DNA of 64,000 nt from Rebecca billardiae RCC1528 (taxonomy: Eukaryota; Protista; Haptophyta), in contig OZ251229.1 in NCBI GenBank assembly GCA_965240325.2, forward strand, positions 620,001 through 684,000, given 5' to 3'. Position 1 is the first letter of the stretch, and every line of letters starts with the position of its first letter. The notes below the pieces were generated by a model. It was not told the origin of the DNA and ran no database searches. It saw only the letters and a program-made list of their open reading frames with translations. Both the position numbers and the translations under genes were made by a program. Of this stretch, positions 1-11,871 are shown one piece after another.

Positions 1-602
1 GCGGGTCCGTATGCGTCGCAATGCCGCGGCGTTCGGGGCGCACTCGCACGCCGCGCTCTGCTGCTTGGATGGCAGCGCTTTGGGCAGCGAGAAATCGAGC
101 TGCTCATCGTCCGACGTCTGCGCGGGCATCGCGCGGCGCGCCCACGCCGCCTGGTGAGCTGGCGCGCAGGGTGTGCGGACGCGAGTGCGTCGCGAGGCGG
201 TCGCACGCCGTACGCGTCGCGGTGCGCGAGTGCCATGCGCGTAGGGGCGCCGGCTACGTGCATGCCGCACGGGCGCAGCGCCCACCTCGTCGAGGTGCCA
301 GCCGTCACTGCGCAGCTGCTCATCATAAAAATCGTCGTTCAGTCCATCCTCGCCCTGTGCGCGCGTGCGCGCAGCGTGGCGCATGGTAACACGGCCGTGA
401 GCGTGGGTGAGCTCGGCGCGGGCCCAGCGCGCTGCCCGTGGTCCCGTGCGCACACCTCCACAATGGCGCCCCCGCCCTTGGCCGGCGGGATCTGCAGCAT
501 CGCGTAGCCATCCTTCTGCCTGGTGGACGCGCCGCGATCACCTGGTGGCGGAGCCCGCGTGCGAGATCGATGCCGCGCGCCGCACGCGAGGACGCGATCC
601 AT
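1..602 (-). CDS. Hypothetical multi-exon protein, 3' part outside the window
   Basis: ATG at 602. Exon 602-456, GT-AG intron 455-355, exon 354-286 (GEDGLNDDFYDEQLRSDGWHLDE), GT donor at 285 with acceptor at 151 or 118, then TSDDEQLDFSLPK. Frames are consistent, but no family was recognised. Confidence 0.4.
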
Positions 603-1127
603 CAGCGAACGCCGAAGGCGGCGGGCCTCGGCATCAGAGTGGGCACGCTCGCAGACGTGGCGCATGTGTGCGCGCGCGCAGGAGCCAGCGCACCGCTGTA
701 GTTGGCCGCACTGTGCTGCTCACCACGGCTGCGATTCGTGAGCAGGCCAGTAAGGGAGCTTGACGCCATTTCGCCGTCAGGCTCGCTGTGCTCGGCCTCG
801 CCGTGCTCTGCCGCCGCGAGCTCGGCCCCTGGGTCGGCACCAGCCATCCACGTGAGGCGCGCCGCCTCCTGCTTCCGCGACGGCGCCGCCTTGGCACTCT
901 CCTTGAGCCCTTGTCCCCCCGGCTCTCGATCAGTGCTTCTGAGGCCATGCGAGCAGCTCGGCACGGGGATCGCACCGGACGCACGTCGTCGCCTGGCCCT
1001 TACCCGCAAACGCCAGCATGGATGCCACCCGTTTCCCCTACATACCTTTCATAGAAGCGGTCCCTTGCCCCTTGGCGGTGGTCTGGGTGGCGGACGCCAT
1101 CGTAGCCCCCGCCCCAAACACAAAATC

Positions 1128-2441
1128 ATGCAGCTCCTGCTCAGCACACCCAGCACACGCGTGATCGACGGCGTTGACGCGGCTGTGTCCGTCCGCGAGC
1201 TGTATGACGCGGTCGCCCGTGCTCATGGCCTGCCGATGGCTCGACACTACCTCGTGCACCACGGCGCGCGGCTGCCGCCCGATGGCGCACAGAGCCTCTC
1301 CCAGATTGGCGTTCGCGGCGGCGATGTCGTGCGCGTGGTGCCACGCCTCGTCGGCGGCGGTGGGGACGGCGGGGCGTACCCGCCGACGGCCACCGAGCTC
1401 AAGTGGATGAATGACATCGGCGGCGGAAGCAAGCGTGGCTCTTGGGCCGTGCTTGGAGGCTCCGTGCGCCGCACGCAGTTCGAGAAGATCTCAGTCGGCC
1501 TTCAGCGGTACGAGTCTTGCGCGACGTGCGCGCTGAGCGGCGAGGCGCTCAAGAGCCCGGTGGTGGCCTGCGCGCTGGGCATGCTGTACAACAAGGAGGC
1601 GCTCATCGAGGCACTGCTCGCCAAGGCCACACGCCCACTCGATGAGCGATTCGCACACATCCGCTCGCTGAAGGACGTCCACAGCGTCACGCTCCACACG
1701 GACCCTGAGCACGACGCCCAGGGCGCGGCGACGTCCGCAGCCGCGGGCACGGATGGTGCGCAGCAGCGAGCCCCTTTCCACTGCCCGGTGACCAAGCTGC
1801 CGTTCAACGGGCGGCTCCCGTTCTTCGCCGTGCGGCCGTCAGGGCACGTCGTCTCCGAGCGCGCCCTCGCGATGATGGAGTTCAAGGTCTGCCCGGTGAC
1901 GGAGCAGCCGCTCGCGCCGGCGGCGCCCGCCGCGGGGTCTGGCGGGCCGAGCGAGCTGCCGAGCGAGAGCCGACGCTTCCACCTCTCCGCGGACCTCCTC
2001 CCGCTCGTCCTCACTGACGACGAGCTGGAGTACGCCCGCAGCCGGCTGGACGAGGCGCGCGCCGCCGCGACGAGCAAGCGGAAGGGCGACGGATCCGGCC
2101 ATGCAGGCAAGCGCGCGAAGCACGGCAGTTCTGGGGCCGACGCACGGCAGCCAGCCCAGGCACCCGCGGCCGCCGCGGCCGCTAGCCACGCCGCGGGCGG
2201 CTCAGCCGCTGCCGGCAAGGCGCCGGTTGTGAACATGCTCGCGGCGAGCCGTGCTGCCACGCACGTGCAGCAGGCGGTCAGCAAGCAGGCACAGGAGTCG
2301 GACGTGTACAAGTCGCTCTTCGTGACCAAGGAGTCCAAGCAAAACGCTGCGCGTGTCGCGCAAGGAGGCCGCGACTTCATGACGCGCTCCATCACACTTC
2401 CTGCCAAGCAGCAGCCCGCGCCTGATGCCGGCCGAGGATGA
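1128..2441 (+). CDS. RTF2: Ubiquitin-like domain fused to Rtf2 (replication termination factor 2 / RING-like) protein
   Basis: 77-aa UBL ending RLVGG, followed by GGDGGAYP (Rtf2 N-terminal GxDGG motif). Also CALSGEAL..PVVACALGMLYNKEAL, HIRSLKDV, FHCPVT..FNG..F..GHV, CPV and a C-terminal VYKSLF. ATG at 1128 preferred over the ORF-track start at 702. Confidence 0.85.
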   Translation: MQLLLSTPSTRVIDGVDAAVSVRELYDAVARAHGLPMARHYLVHHGARLPPDGAQSLSQIGVRGGDVVRVVPRLVGGGGDGGAYPPTATELKWMNDIGGGSKRGSWAVLGGSVRRTQFEKISVGLQRYESCATCALSGEALKSPVVACALGMLYNKEALIEALLAKATRPLDERFAHIRSLKDVHSVTLHTDPEHDAQGAATSAAAGTDGAQQRAPFHCPVTKLPFNGRLPFFAVRPSGHVVSERALAMMEFKVCPVTEQPLAPAAPAAGSGGPSELPSESRRFHLSADLLPLVLTDDELEYARSRLDEARAAATSKRKGDGSGHAGKRAKHGSSGADARQPAQAPAAAAAASHAAGGSAAAGKAPVVNMLAASRAATHVQQAVSKQAQESDVYKSLFVTKESKQNAARVAQGGRDFMTRSITLPAKQQPAPDAGRG

Positions 2442-3984
2442 GGCAGCCGACCATCCGCCATATGGATCTGAATAATCCTAAACCTGCGCGCCCGTTTGAA
2501 TATTGCGCGCGCCGCAGCATGGATGGCCGCGTCGTGCGCGCAGTCAACTCATGGTCAAGTCGTAGTCGTCGTATCGTTATTCTTCATGCATCCGATCGAT
2601 CATGCTGATATATATATATATGTATATATATATATGGGGTTATTCATATTGGCACAATAACTGATTGTCTAAGAGGACGGTGGGTGCGCAATGCGCCGTA
2701 TCAACACCTGCCTGCCATTCAGCCTGAGCCAGGGCCCAGGCGGCCGAGCTCAAGTCCGGCTGCCATCTTGGCCACCCTCTTCTCGTGCCACAAGGGACGT
2801 TCGAGCCCGTGCTCTGTGTGCACGCACGGCGGCCTAGAACGACCTACTCACTGCGCTGCCCCTGGGCCATAGGCTAACTAGGCATGGTTGGCATGGCGGT
2901 CAGGACGGCCAATTCGTGAACTGGGTTTTTCATCAGGCGCCGAGCCAACCGTGACCGTCGCTGCTGCATGCCTCCCGCTCACTCGCAGCGAGCACCCGTC
3001 GGAAGCGCCCACTGTCCTGATGGCTGCAGCTGTTTCCGGCGGCCCGCAGCTTCGAGGCGCCCTGTGCGCGATGTCCTTCGTGCCTCGCTGTCGTGCGGCT
3101 TGGCGGCTCTCGAGCTGCGTCGTCCAAGCTGCGCGCGTCTGTCGGCGTTGAGCGGCCAGTCCTGCCGCGCGCTCGGCCCGAGCGCTGGCTGCCGCTCGCA
3201 CTTTGTTTCGAGGAACAAAAATCCCATACAATGTATAGAGTCTGGTCTCTCGCCGCGTGGCTCCGCCCTGCCCGGCGTGTGCCTCGCCTCCTCGCTGCAT
3301 CTGGATGGCGCAGGCGCTCCGAGGACGGCTAGACATACATATATATACTATACCGGTCGTCCGCCGGGACCGGCGGGACCCCGCCCGCGGGTCCGGGAGA
3401 GTGTCCGTGTCCGGTGTCGCTGTCAGCCCCGCCCGCCCGTCGCGAATACGCAGTCGTCCCGCGGATATCAATAATTCACACAAAACAAATATAATCGATT
3501 TTCGGCGTTACCGTAACCCGTGGCGTAACCCGTCCGCACTTATCCGTCCAGTGGGGATGCGTACGACTCCGCATGCGTTGGAGTTATTTGATGCCGCCGC
3601 GTTCGCGGCACTTCGCGACGCATTATCATCAGCTGCGCCGAGCTCTTGGAGGCGCTTATAGCAGTGGCTACTGCTGTATGACTGTGAGCTCCTTTATCGC
3701 GGTGATGATGATATATATGAGATTCATGACGAAGTCATGCGCACTGCTCGTCGTGATGAATATATATTATAACTGATAAACTGTTACTACGGTACATGCA
3801 CACGGGATGCTGCTAACTAAGGAGGCCGAGGACCCCAATGGAATATATATATGGATGGATGGATGCCTGCTACGGCTACAGTATTCTGTGCAGGCATGAA
3901 GCCAGGATGACTTCAGAGCAGGCGACGATATTAATTGGGCCCGTGAACAAGCACTTTCTCTATAGTTCAGACTCTGCTATTTTA

Positions 3985-3986
<2 letters not shown>

Positions 3987-4042
<56 letters not shown>
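3987..4042. repeat. (TA)n microsatellite in an AT-rich intergenic island
   Basis: Directly visible. Confidence 0.95.
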
Positions 4043-4045
<3 letters not shown>

Positions 4046-5278
4046 TTTGACCCGCCATTTCGGACTCTGGTCAGTGACACCTTCAGGGAGCGATCCGGAT
4101 GCACCCGTAGACTCTATTGGAAATATGTCGCCGGACTGGGTAAATAGCTATATGAAAATAGAATCCACGAAGTCCCCACAACTCACAAGCTGGTGTTCAC
4201 ACCGACCCTGGCACCCTGGGCACATATTGGCCATCCATAGCAACCCTACTTGGGGCCCTGTGGGACACGACACTTTGGGCGTTCATTCGGCCGCAGGAAT
4301 TGCGAAGATCATTTTCGGTAGGCCCGGTTTCTTGACCGGACTGGCAGGGGTCAACCGGAGCCAGAGCCTGCTGACCATTCGTATTTCATCGGCGGACTAT
4401 ACTACTCATGACGACGAACCGGATCTGGAATTATCCGAACGATCCGAGTCAATGCAGTGCCGCGGTAGAATGTAAATGTTAAGCGACGATCGAGAGACGC
4501 GACCAGAGCGAGCTATAGAGATATCGATCGAGAGCAGAGACGATCGACCGTAGAGACTAGAGAGCAGATGCTCACGCTGCTGACCGTCGAAGCATTGTGA
4601 CGTCATATCTCGGAGTCGTCAGCAGATCGTCGGTCAGAATCATCGGACGATATCACGCAGACTACAAATCGTACGATGATGATATATCAGGCGGTGATGC
4701 CGATCATCAGTAGTATCTGAGTAGCAGCACTGCCACATCGGTCCATCCGCCATCGCCATCGGATTATCGGATGACGATCTGGGCTTCCGAGAGTTTGATC
4801 AGCCATCCGTCGTTTCAAGTGCGCTAGCGAGACGATGATCGACTCGTCTCGACACTTATCGCGCCTCTCGCCACTCGCGTCACTCGCGCGCCACGATCAT
4901 CATACCGCCAGCATCATATCGTCGTCATCACTCTGTACTGCTGGCGTCGTTGCCAAGGCTGAGTAGCTAGCTAGTCTCAGCACGACGACGTGGTCAGAAC
5001 GCGAGGCCACGGTCGAGCCTGCGCGCGCTGCATATATCGAGTCAGGTGGCGCGAGATGAACTACATCACAGGTCGTTCTTGTATAACTCGGGACAATACG
5101 CGACGATCTAACCGCGCCCTTCACGCGCGCGACTGAGCAGCTGCGCCGTGGGCGGATCGAGAATCAGAGTAATAGTAGTAGTAGAATACACGGCTCGAGT
5201 CGCGCGCGCGTATAGCGTTGACTCCAGGGGTCCCGCCTCCCGGTCTGGGACGGCATGCGCGTATGGCCAGTGGCGGTA

Positions 5279-7393
5279 TCACTTATTGCTGCCAACGGTC
5301 GTCTGCTTCATCGGGGACTTGAAAGTCTTTGGCACCTTGCGAGACGGAGCTGCCGCCTGCTCAGCAGCTGGCCGAGCTCGGATCCCAGCAGCAGATGATC
5401 CATGCGATCGTCCAGTCAGGCCGGATTGGCGATGCTTGTCGGCTGCCGAGCCAGCGCCAGCGTCACTGTCCTTGGCCGCAAGCAGCCCTCCGATAAAGCA
5501 AGCGAGCAAGCCATTCGGGCCGCCGACGCCTTTCGCGTCATGGTCTTCTTCGCGGAGCGCGCTCAGGGCGGCTTCGAGTGCCCCGCATCCAGCTGCCAGT
5601 GGCTTGTCACAGCCCTCGATCACGCCATCCCACGTCGACGCGTGCGGCGGCTGCATATCAGCCAGCTTGAGGCCCTTGCGCCCGTGGCGGCCGTGGCCGC
5701 CACCGCAGCTGTCGCACTGGGAGCCACTCATGTCGACGAAGTAGTGCTCGCCGCAGCTCTCGCAGTGCCGCTCGCGGATGTCGCCGATGCACGTCCCGAA
5801 GTCCGGGCACTCACAGCAGTGCTTGTGGAACTTGCCACAGTCGAAGCTTGGCTTGCCCTTGCAGAGGTCCGTCAAATAGTTGCCGTTCGCGCACTTCGCG
5901 CACTGCACAGCAGCCTTCCGGCCTCCATCCCCGTAGTCGTACCCGCACTCGGGCTGGAAGAGAGCGGCACTCAGCGTGCACTCGATCTTGGCCTCACAGC
6001 ACACACACGCGCCGCTGTGCAGCACCGTCGATCCCGCCGCCTCGGAGAGGTCGAGCTTGCCGAGCAGCACCGCGCGCTTCAGGCAGCTGTTCACGTTGCG
6101 CACGTCCTGAGGGGCAGCGAGCCCGCGCGAGATCAGGAGCGCGTCCACGTCCGCAGGCGCCATGGCGTGGCCACGTGGGAGCGCACGCTCGGCAGCCGCT
6201 GCGGCCGCGGCCTCGGCGCTCGGAAGCGGCGTCGCCAAGAAGGGCGGCGCATCGGCAGGCGCGAGCGAGATGGGCGGCGCAAGTGAGTTGGCCGCCCCGG
6301 CGGTGGCTGGGCGAGCCCCTATAGGCGAGGCAAGCATATTCGCGATCGGGGCCGAGAGGGAGCCCAGGTGGCTCGCGAGATCCCGCAGCGCTGTCACCCA
6401 GCCGAAGATGTACTGTCGCGTCGCGGCGGACGCGCAGCAGCCCGGCGTCCAATCCGGCACCGTTGAGAACAGGCGCTCGGCGGTGAAGCAGGAGGCCAGC
6501 TTGCGCGCGGCGAACGCGTGCGACGCCGGCGGCTGCCCGAGCTCAAGCACGAGCACACCCGTCGAGTCGTCGTGGATATTCGCCCTGGGGCCAACTACGA
6601 GACGCGCGCCGACGACGGAGTCGAGCGGCACCTTCAAGCGCAGCATCCGCGAGTCCAGCACCGCGCCCTGCAACGCCTGCATGCGCAGCGCCCGCGTCGG
6701 CAGGCCGGCCGTCGGCTGCACTGGCTCGTCCAGATAGGCCTCGTCGTCCGGTGCACTGGCGCCATAGTAGGCGCCATGGCTGCTGGAGCCCATGATGCGC
6801 ACGGCATTGTCGAAGCGATCGATCTCACGCCACGTTGGAAGCTTGCCGTTCACGTCGAGAGCGCGAGGCTTGAACTCGCAGCACTCGTACAGCAGCGCGC
6901 GCCGCTTGTTGTCGACGCGGACGGCGAGCTGCGCCTCGAAGGCGGGGAAGAGGTGGGTGCAGCTGGCCTCTCCAGGGCGGGCGAAGGCCAGCCCAACGAG
7001 CTGCGGTCCGATCATGGCGGTCTTGACGGGTGCAAAGCGCTTGTTGTCAGAGCGCTCCTCTTCCTCGTCGCTCTCCCACGACGTGCCCGGATGGCGGAAC
7101 GCCAGCTCAGGCGCGCGCTCGCCGTTCTCGTCGACGTCAAAGTACTCCTTGCTGCCGTTGCGCTTCTCGTATTCCACGCGCTGCAGCGCACGTGGGTTCA
7201 CAAAGATGGACTTGTGCTGTTTGCTGGCGAGCAGCGCGGTGCATTCGGCGCGCGTCATGCTGCCGTAAAGCTCGTGATACGCCGGGTCGCATGCGGCGTC
7301 GACGGCGCTCTGCATGACCTTTTGGTCAAACTTGCGCCCGTCCAACGCGGCGGCAACACGCATTTGCGAGTGCGTGAACTCGTCGAAGATCAT
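5279..7393 (-). CDS. Uncharacterised intronless protein with a C-terminal Cys/His-rich putative multi-zinc domain
   Basis: Long, compositionally complex ORF with probable start MIFDEF at 7393. C-terminal CVCC..C..QPECGYDYGDGG..CAKC..YLTDLCKGKP.FDCGKFHKHCCECPDFGTCIGD.RE.HCESCGEH..CDSC. Confidence 0.7.
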   Translation of the reverse strand: MIFDEFTHSQMRVAAALDGRKFDQKVMQSAVDAACDPAYHELYGSMTRAECTALLASKQHKSIFVNPRALQRVEYEKRNGSKEYFDVDENGERAPELAFRHPGTSWESDEEEERSDNKRFAPVKTAMIGPQLVGLAFARPGEASCTHLFPAFEAQLAVRVDNKRRALLYECCEFKPRALDVNGKLPTWREIDRFDNAVRIMGSSSHGAYYGASAPDDEAYLDEPVQPTAGLPTRALRMQALQGAVLDSRMLRLKVPLDSVVGARLVVGPRANIHDDSTGVLVLELGQPPASHAFAARKLASCFTAERLFSTVPDWTPGCCASAATRQYIFGWVTALRDLASHLGSLSAPIANMLASPIGARPATAGAANSLAPPISLAPADAPPFLATPLPSAEAAAAAAAERALPRGHAMAPADVDALLISRGLAAPQDVRNVNSCLKRAVLLGKLDLSEAAGSTVLHSGACVCCEAKIECTLSAALFQPECGYDYGDGGRKAAVQCAKCANGNYLTDLCKGKPSFDCGKFHKHCCECPDFGTCIGDIRERHCESCGEHYFVDMSGSQCDSCGGGHGRHGRKGLKLADMQPPHASTWDGVIEGCDKPLAAGCGALEAALSALREEDHDAKGVGGPNGLLACFIGGLLAAKDSDAGAGSAADKHRQSGLTGRSHGSSAAGIRARPAAEQAAAPSRKVPKTFKSPMKQTTVGSNK

Positions 7394-7843
7394 GTCGTTA
7401 TCGCGACGACGGCGGCTGCACTGGTCGACTGCGACCGGTTGGAGTCGCGGGCGGACGGCCAGTACAAGCAGTATCCCGCTACAATCCGGTTGATCCGGAG
7501 ACACCATCAGCAACCTGTGTATGTATTCCGGAGGATGCGCGTGGCTCAGCCTCGAGCCGACGCTGCGCAACGGTCCCAGCGTGCCCCATTTTGCCCTCGG
7601 AGCGCCGTCCTCTGCGTCGCGCCTCCTGACTCTGAGCAGGGCCAAGTTGGAGCAGCACGCATGTGCACGACCGCTTGAAGGCAGCACAGGCTTGCTCAGA
7701 CGACGGCCTCGCTGCCCTCTCGGCTTGTGCGATGCCAGTCTCGGCCACGGCCCGGAGGCGGCGCAGTGTGGCCCGCGACTGCCCGCTGCGCAGCGCGCCG
7801 CCCTGTGCCCCGCGCCCGCCCTCCCGCCGCGCGCGCGCTGCCA

Positions 7844-9894
7844 TCATGCCAGCTTGGTCTGGATCTGTCGGTGCACGTGGCAGAGGAACTCGACGTAGCT
7901 CATGGCCGCCTGCGAGCGGTCCTCGGTGAGCATCGCGAGGAAGCGCGGCTCGAACGGGTCCCTGGCGGTCACGACCTGCGGCCGCGGGTAGTGGCCGCCG
8001 CGCACCGAGCCGAGCGAGCGCAGCACGTCGTCCAGCTGCGCGGCGGCGGCGGCGGCGGCGGCGGCAGGGAGGCGCGGGGGGCGCGGCGTGAGGGTCGCGG
8101 CGCGGCGTGAGGCGGCGCGGCGTGAGGCGGCGCGGCGGCGCGGCGGCGCGGTTGCGCGGCGCGCGCACGGCGCTCGCGCGCGCACGTAGGCGGCGTACGG
8201 CCCGGCCTCGGGCGGCTGCAGCTCGAGCTGCGAGCAGTCGAGCCCCTCGAGCGACGGCACGTCCAGCAGCTGGCGCAGCACGTCGGGGTGGGCGTCGCGC
8301 CCGACCCACACGAGCAGCTGCAGCCCCGAGTCGAGCAGGTAGACGCGCTCGGGCTCGATGCGCTCCGCAGAGAGCGCGATGGTGGGCGGCGGCAGCGGGC
8401 GCACGCCCTCGTACTCGTGCGGCAGCAGCTGCAGCGCGTACAGCGTCGGGTAGACAAACGAGATGGACGCGGCGACCGAGAGGCGGCACGCCTGCGCAAT
8501 CAGCGCCGCGCGCTCGTCGATCCGAATGTCCGCGCCCGCGCGCAGCGCGGTCGTCTTGGTGAGGCTGAGGCCGTACAGTGGCAGCAGCTTCAGGCTCTCG
8601 GGCAGGATGAGCTGGCCCGACGCGGACGAGGACGCGCAGAACTTGCGGTAGATGGCGAGCATGTCGACGCACATTTCGATGATGCCCTCGCGCACCTGGT
8701 GCCTGCGCAGCGCACACGCACATCGCACATCGCACACGCACACGCACACACACGCACGCACACACACACACACGCACACACGCACACACACACACACACA
8801 CACACGCACACACACACACACACAGAGCAGAGCAGAGCAGAGCAGAGCAGAGCAGAGGGAGAGGGACGGAGAGAGAGGGAGCGGCACGGGCGAAGCGGCG
8901 CGGGAGGCTCAGCCCGGCGCGGCTCGCGCGGCGCGCGGCGGCGCGCGCGCGCGGCGCGGCGGCGCGGCGCGCACATGCGCTGCGTGCTCGCGGCCATCAT
9001 CGCGCCGCGCACGAGAGCGCCCAGCGTCGCCTCGAGGTCTGCGTAGCGGAACACGTTCGAGATGTGCGAGGTGGTGGTGAGCGCGCCGTTGAGGACGCGC
9101 AGCCGGCGCTGGCCCGCGTCGGTGGTGTAGAGCAGCGCCACCTGCACGTACGCCACCGCGTTGTTGTCCAGCTTCTCCTCGTGCTCGAACGCGATGCAGA
9201 TCGTCGACTCGGCGTCGACGCCGGGCAGGTCGACGTCGACGTCGCCCGTGCGGTGCACGCCCGACGTGTACGCGGCCGGGCGCAGGCCCTGCGAGCAGCG
9301 CATGCGCAGCACGCCCTCCCACCCGGCCTCGCGGAGCAGCAGCGCGCGCAGCTCGGAGTGCATGCGCATCGCCCACGTGTGCGGCCGGCTGCCCTCCTTG
9401 CACTCGGGGTAGTGGTACGTCGCGCCGCCGGTCGCGCGCGCGAGGTGCGCCACAGACGCCACGTCCAGAAAAGGCGCGTTCGGGCCCGTGCCGAAGTGGA
9501 GGGTGTGCACGCACAGCTGCTGCGCGAGGAGGCGCTTGGCGAAGGCGGACCACTCGTCCGTCGGCGTGAGCAGCTCCTTCTCGCGGTTCGAGCCGTCGTT
9601 GGACGCGGTCGCCGAGCGCGAGCGGTCCTTGAGCTTGAGCGCGCCCTTGGTTGGCAGGGAGCACTGGAAGAGGACGACGCGCCCGCCCGTGTTGCCGAGC
9701 AGCTCGGCCGCGGCGGTGAGCGCGGCGCCCGCGCAGCTCTCGACGCGCGGCGTGGCGGAGAGCAGCGAGGGGAGCGTGCTCAGCAGCTCGGTGAACGCCG
9801 AGCGCCACTCGCCCAGCGGGCGCACGAGCCTCGACACCGGCAGCGGCACGCACGGCTCGTCCGTGTCAGGGCAGACGAGCAGCTTAGGAGACAG

Positions 9895-9935
<41 letters not shown>

Positions 9936-11871
9936 TGCTGCCGCCCGCGCCGCTGCCCGCGGGCGGCACGTAGTGGAAGTGCAGCGCGTCGTCGAAGGTG
10001 AGGATCCCCACCTCGGTGTGGTCGGGCAGCTCCGACGCGATCGCGCCGAGGATCGCGCACGTGTTGCCCACCAGCCCGGTACGGAACGCCAGCCCCGTGC
10101 ACTCGAGCACAAAGAGAAGTGGCGGCGGCCGCGGCGGCCGCGCCTGGTAGTCCTTCGGCGCGGCGAACTCGCACACGCCGCGGCAGAGCTCGGGGCGCTC
10201 GGCCGCGTCGCGGCGCAGCCCGTCGGGCCCGAGGTTGCAGAAGTAGTCGCGCGGCACCTCCGTCGACGCGCCGCACAGGTTGCACACGAACACGCGGCCG
10301 CCGTCGATGAAGCTGAAGAAGGGGTTCACGTACGCGCGGCACCGCGAGCAGCGCGGCGGGCCCGGCTCGCCAAAGTCGACGACGGGCGGCGGGCTCTCGC
10401 CCGGGCCGAGCGGCGCGAGCGGCTGCACGACCACCGCCATCGGCATGCGCGGGTCCTGCAGGTGGTCGTGCGTGTTCATCAGCGAGTTCATCGTGAAGCG
10501 CAGGTAGCGCGGCGACGCGTTGCCGTCGTCCTGCGCGGAGAAGGGAGACTTGGCCTGCGGCGGCACGCGCCCGATCAGGTCGCGCGTCGTCACCACCTCC
10601 ATCTCCTCCGCGGCGACCTCGGAGGCCTCGGGCAGCGGCGCGGGGCGCGGGATCTGCGCCGGGTCGATCGAGCGGCTCGACGCGCCGCGCTGCATCGGCT
10701 TGGGCGACATGGGCTGCAGCATGCCCTGAGAGCCGCACGCCGGCACCGGCTGCATCGGCTGCATCAGCCCGGCCGCCTGCGTGTCCGCTGCCGACACCTC
10801 CTCGTTGGCGTACTGCCGCCGCTGCACCTGCCCGCGCGGCCGCACGGTCGGGTTGAACTGCGACGGCGGCGGCGGCCCGGCCGGCTGCGCGTGCGGCGGC
10901 GGCGGCCCCCCGGGGCCGCCGTTCGCCGCCATCGGTGGCCTGCTGCCCGGCGGCGGCGGGCCGCCCGGCGCGCCCGGCGCGGGCGCGCCGCCGCCGGCAG
11001 GGGGTGGCGGCCCGCCCGCAGGCGGCGTGGGCATGCGCGCGCCTGGGCCGGAGGGCGGCGCACCCGGCTGCGCGCCTCCCGGCGGCATGCCGCCGCGCGC
11101 AGCGCCACCGGCGCTGTACTGACCGGGAGCGGGGCCTGGGCCGCGCGCCGGCTGGCCGCCGCCGCCAGCTCCGGGCGGCGGCACCGGCTGCGCGCCGCCC
11201 GGCTGGGGAGGGTACTGTCCCGACGGCGGCGGCGGCATGCCGGGCCCGGGTGGCCCCGACGCACCGCCCATCCCCGGCCCCGGCCGCTGCGGCCCACCCG
11301 CCATCCCGGGCGGCCCACCGCCGCCCATCCCCGGAGGTGGCGGCATTGGGCCGCCGGACGGCGGAACCTGCGCGCCCGGCGGCGGCCGCGCGCCCGCGCC
11401 TGGCGGCCCCGGCGGCATGCCACCCGGCGGCATGCTGCCCGGCGGCGGGCCCATGCCACCCTGCGGCGGCGGTGGGCCGCCGCCGCCGCCCTGCATCGGC
11501 GGCGGCGGCTGCGCGGGCCGGGCGCCCCCGGGCGGCGGCATGCCCGCTCCAGGCGGTGGCATCCCGCCCGGCGGCCCGGGGCGCGGTGGCGCCCCCATGC
11601 CAGGCGGCGGGCCACCTGCGCCGGGTGGCGGTGGACCCGGTGCACCTGGCGGCATCGGCGCGCCCCGTGCGCCCATCCCAGGGGGCGGTGGCTGGCTTGG
11701 CGGCGGCCTCATCGCGCCGCCGCCCGGCGGCGGCGGCATGCCCGGGCCACCAGGTCCGGGCTGCGGCGGCCCGCCAATCCCGGGCGCCCGAGCGCCCGGC
11801 GGATAGGGTGGCTGCTGCATGCCCGGCGGAGGGCCGCCCGGCTGGCCGTGCGGCGGCGGCGGGCCTGACAT
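7844..11871 (-). CDS. SEC24: COPII cargo adaptor Sec24 (Sec24C/D-like)
   Basis: Pro/Gly-rich N-terminus, IDPAQIPRP, GNASPRYLRFT, zinc finger PPRCSRCRAYVNPF..CNLC, trunk domain, LRMRCSQG, QVALLYT, GQLILPESLKLLPLY and C-terminal SYVEFLCHVHRQI. Exons 11871-8975, 8702-8186, 8035-7844. Confidence 0.95.
8712..8856. repeat. (CA)n and (CAGAG)n microsatellites inside Sec24 intron 8703-8974
   Basis: Directly visible; explains the spurious CVCVCV ORF translations. Confidence 0.9.

Noticed and set aside
702-1127. Upstream ORF-track extensions from non-ATG or distal starts (RTF2, RPC11, FCP, IQ protein and others)
   Set aside because: Recognisable protein sequence begins at downstream ATGs; the extensions run through promoters or neighbouring genes.
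7479-9080. ORFs with CVCVCV/THTHTH stretches
   Set aside because: Translations of the (CA)n microsatellite in a Sec24 intron.
9064-11868. Many long antisense or alternate-frame Arg/Ala-rich ORFs (e.g. 9064-11868, 20298-23438, 35212-38178, 53298-55532)
   Set aside because: Shadow ORFs expected at very high GC; they overlap recognisable genes and carry no motifs.
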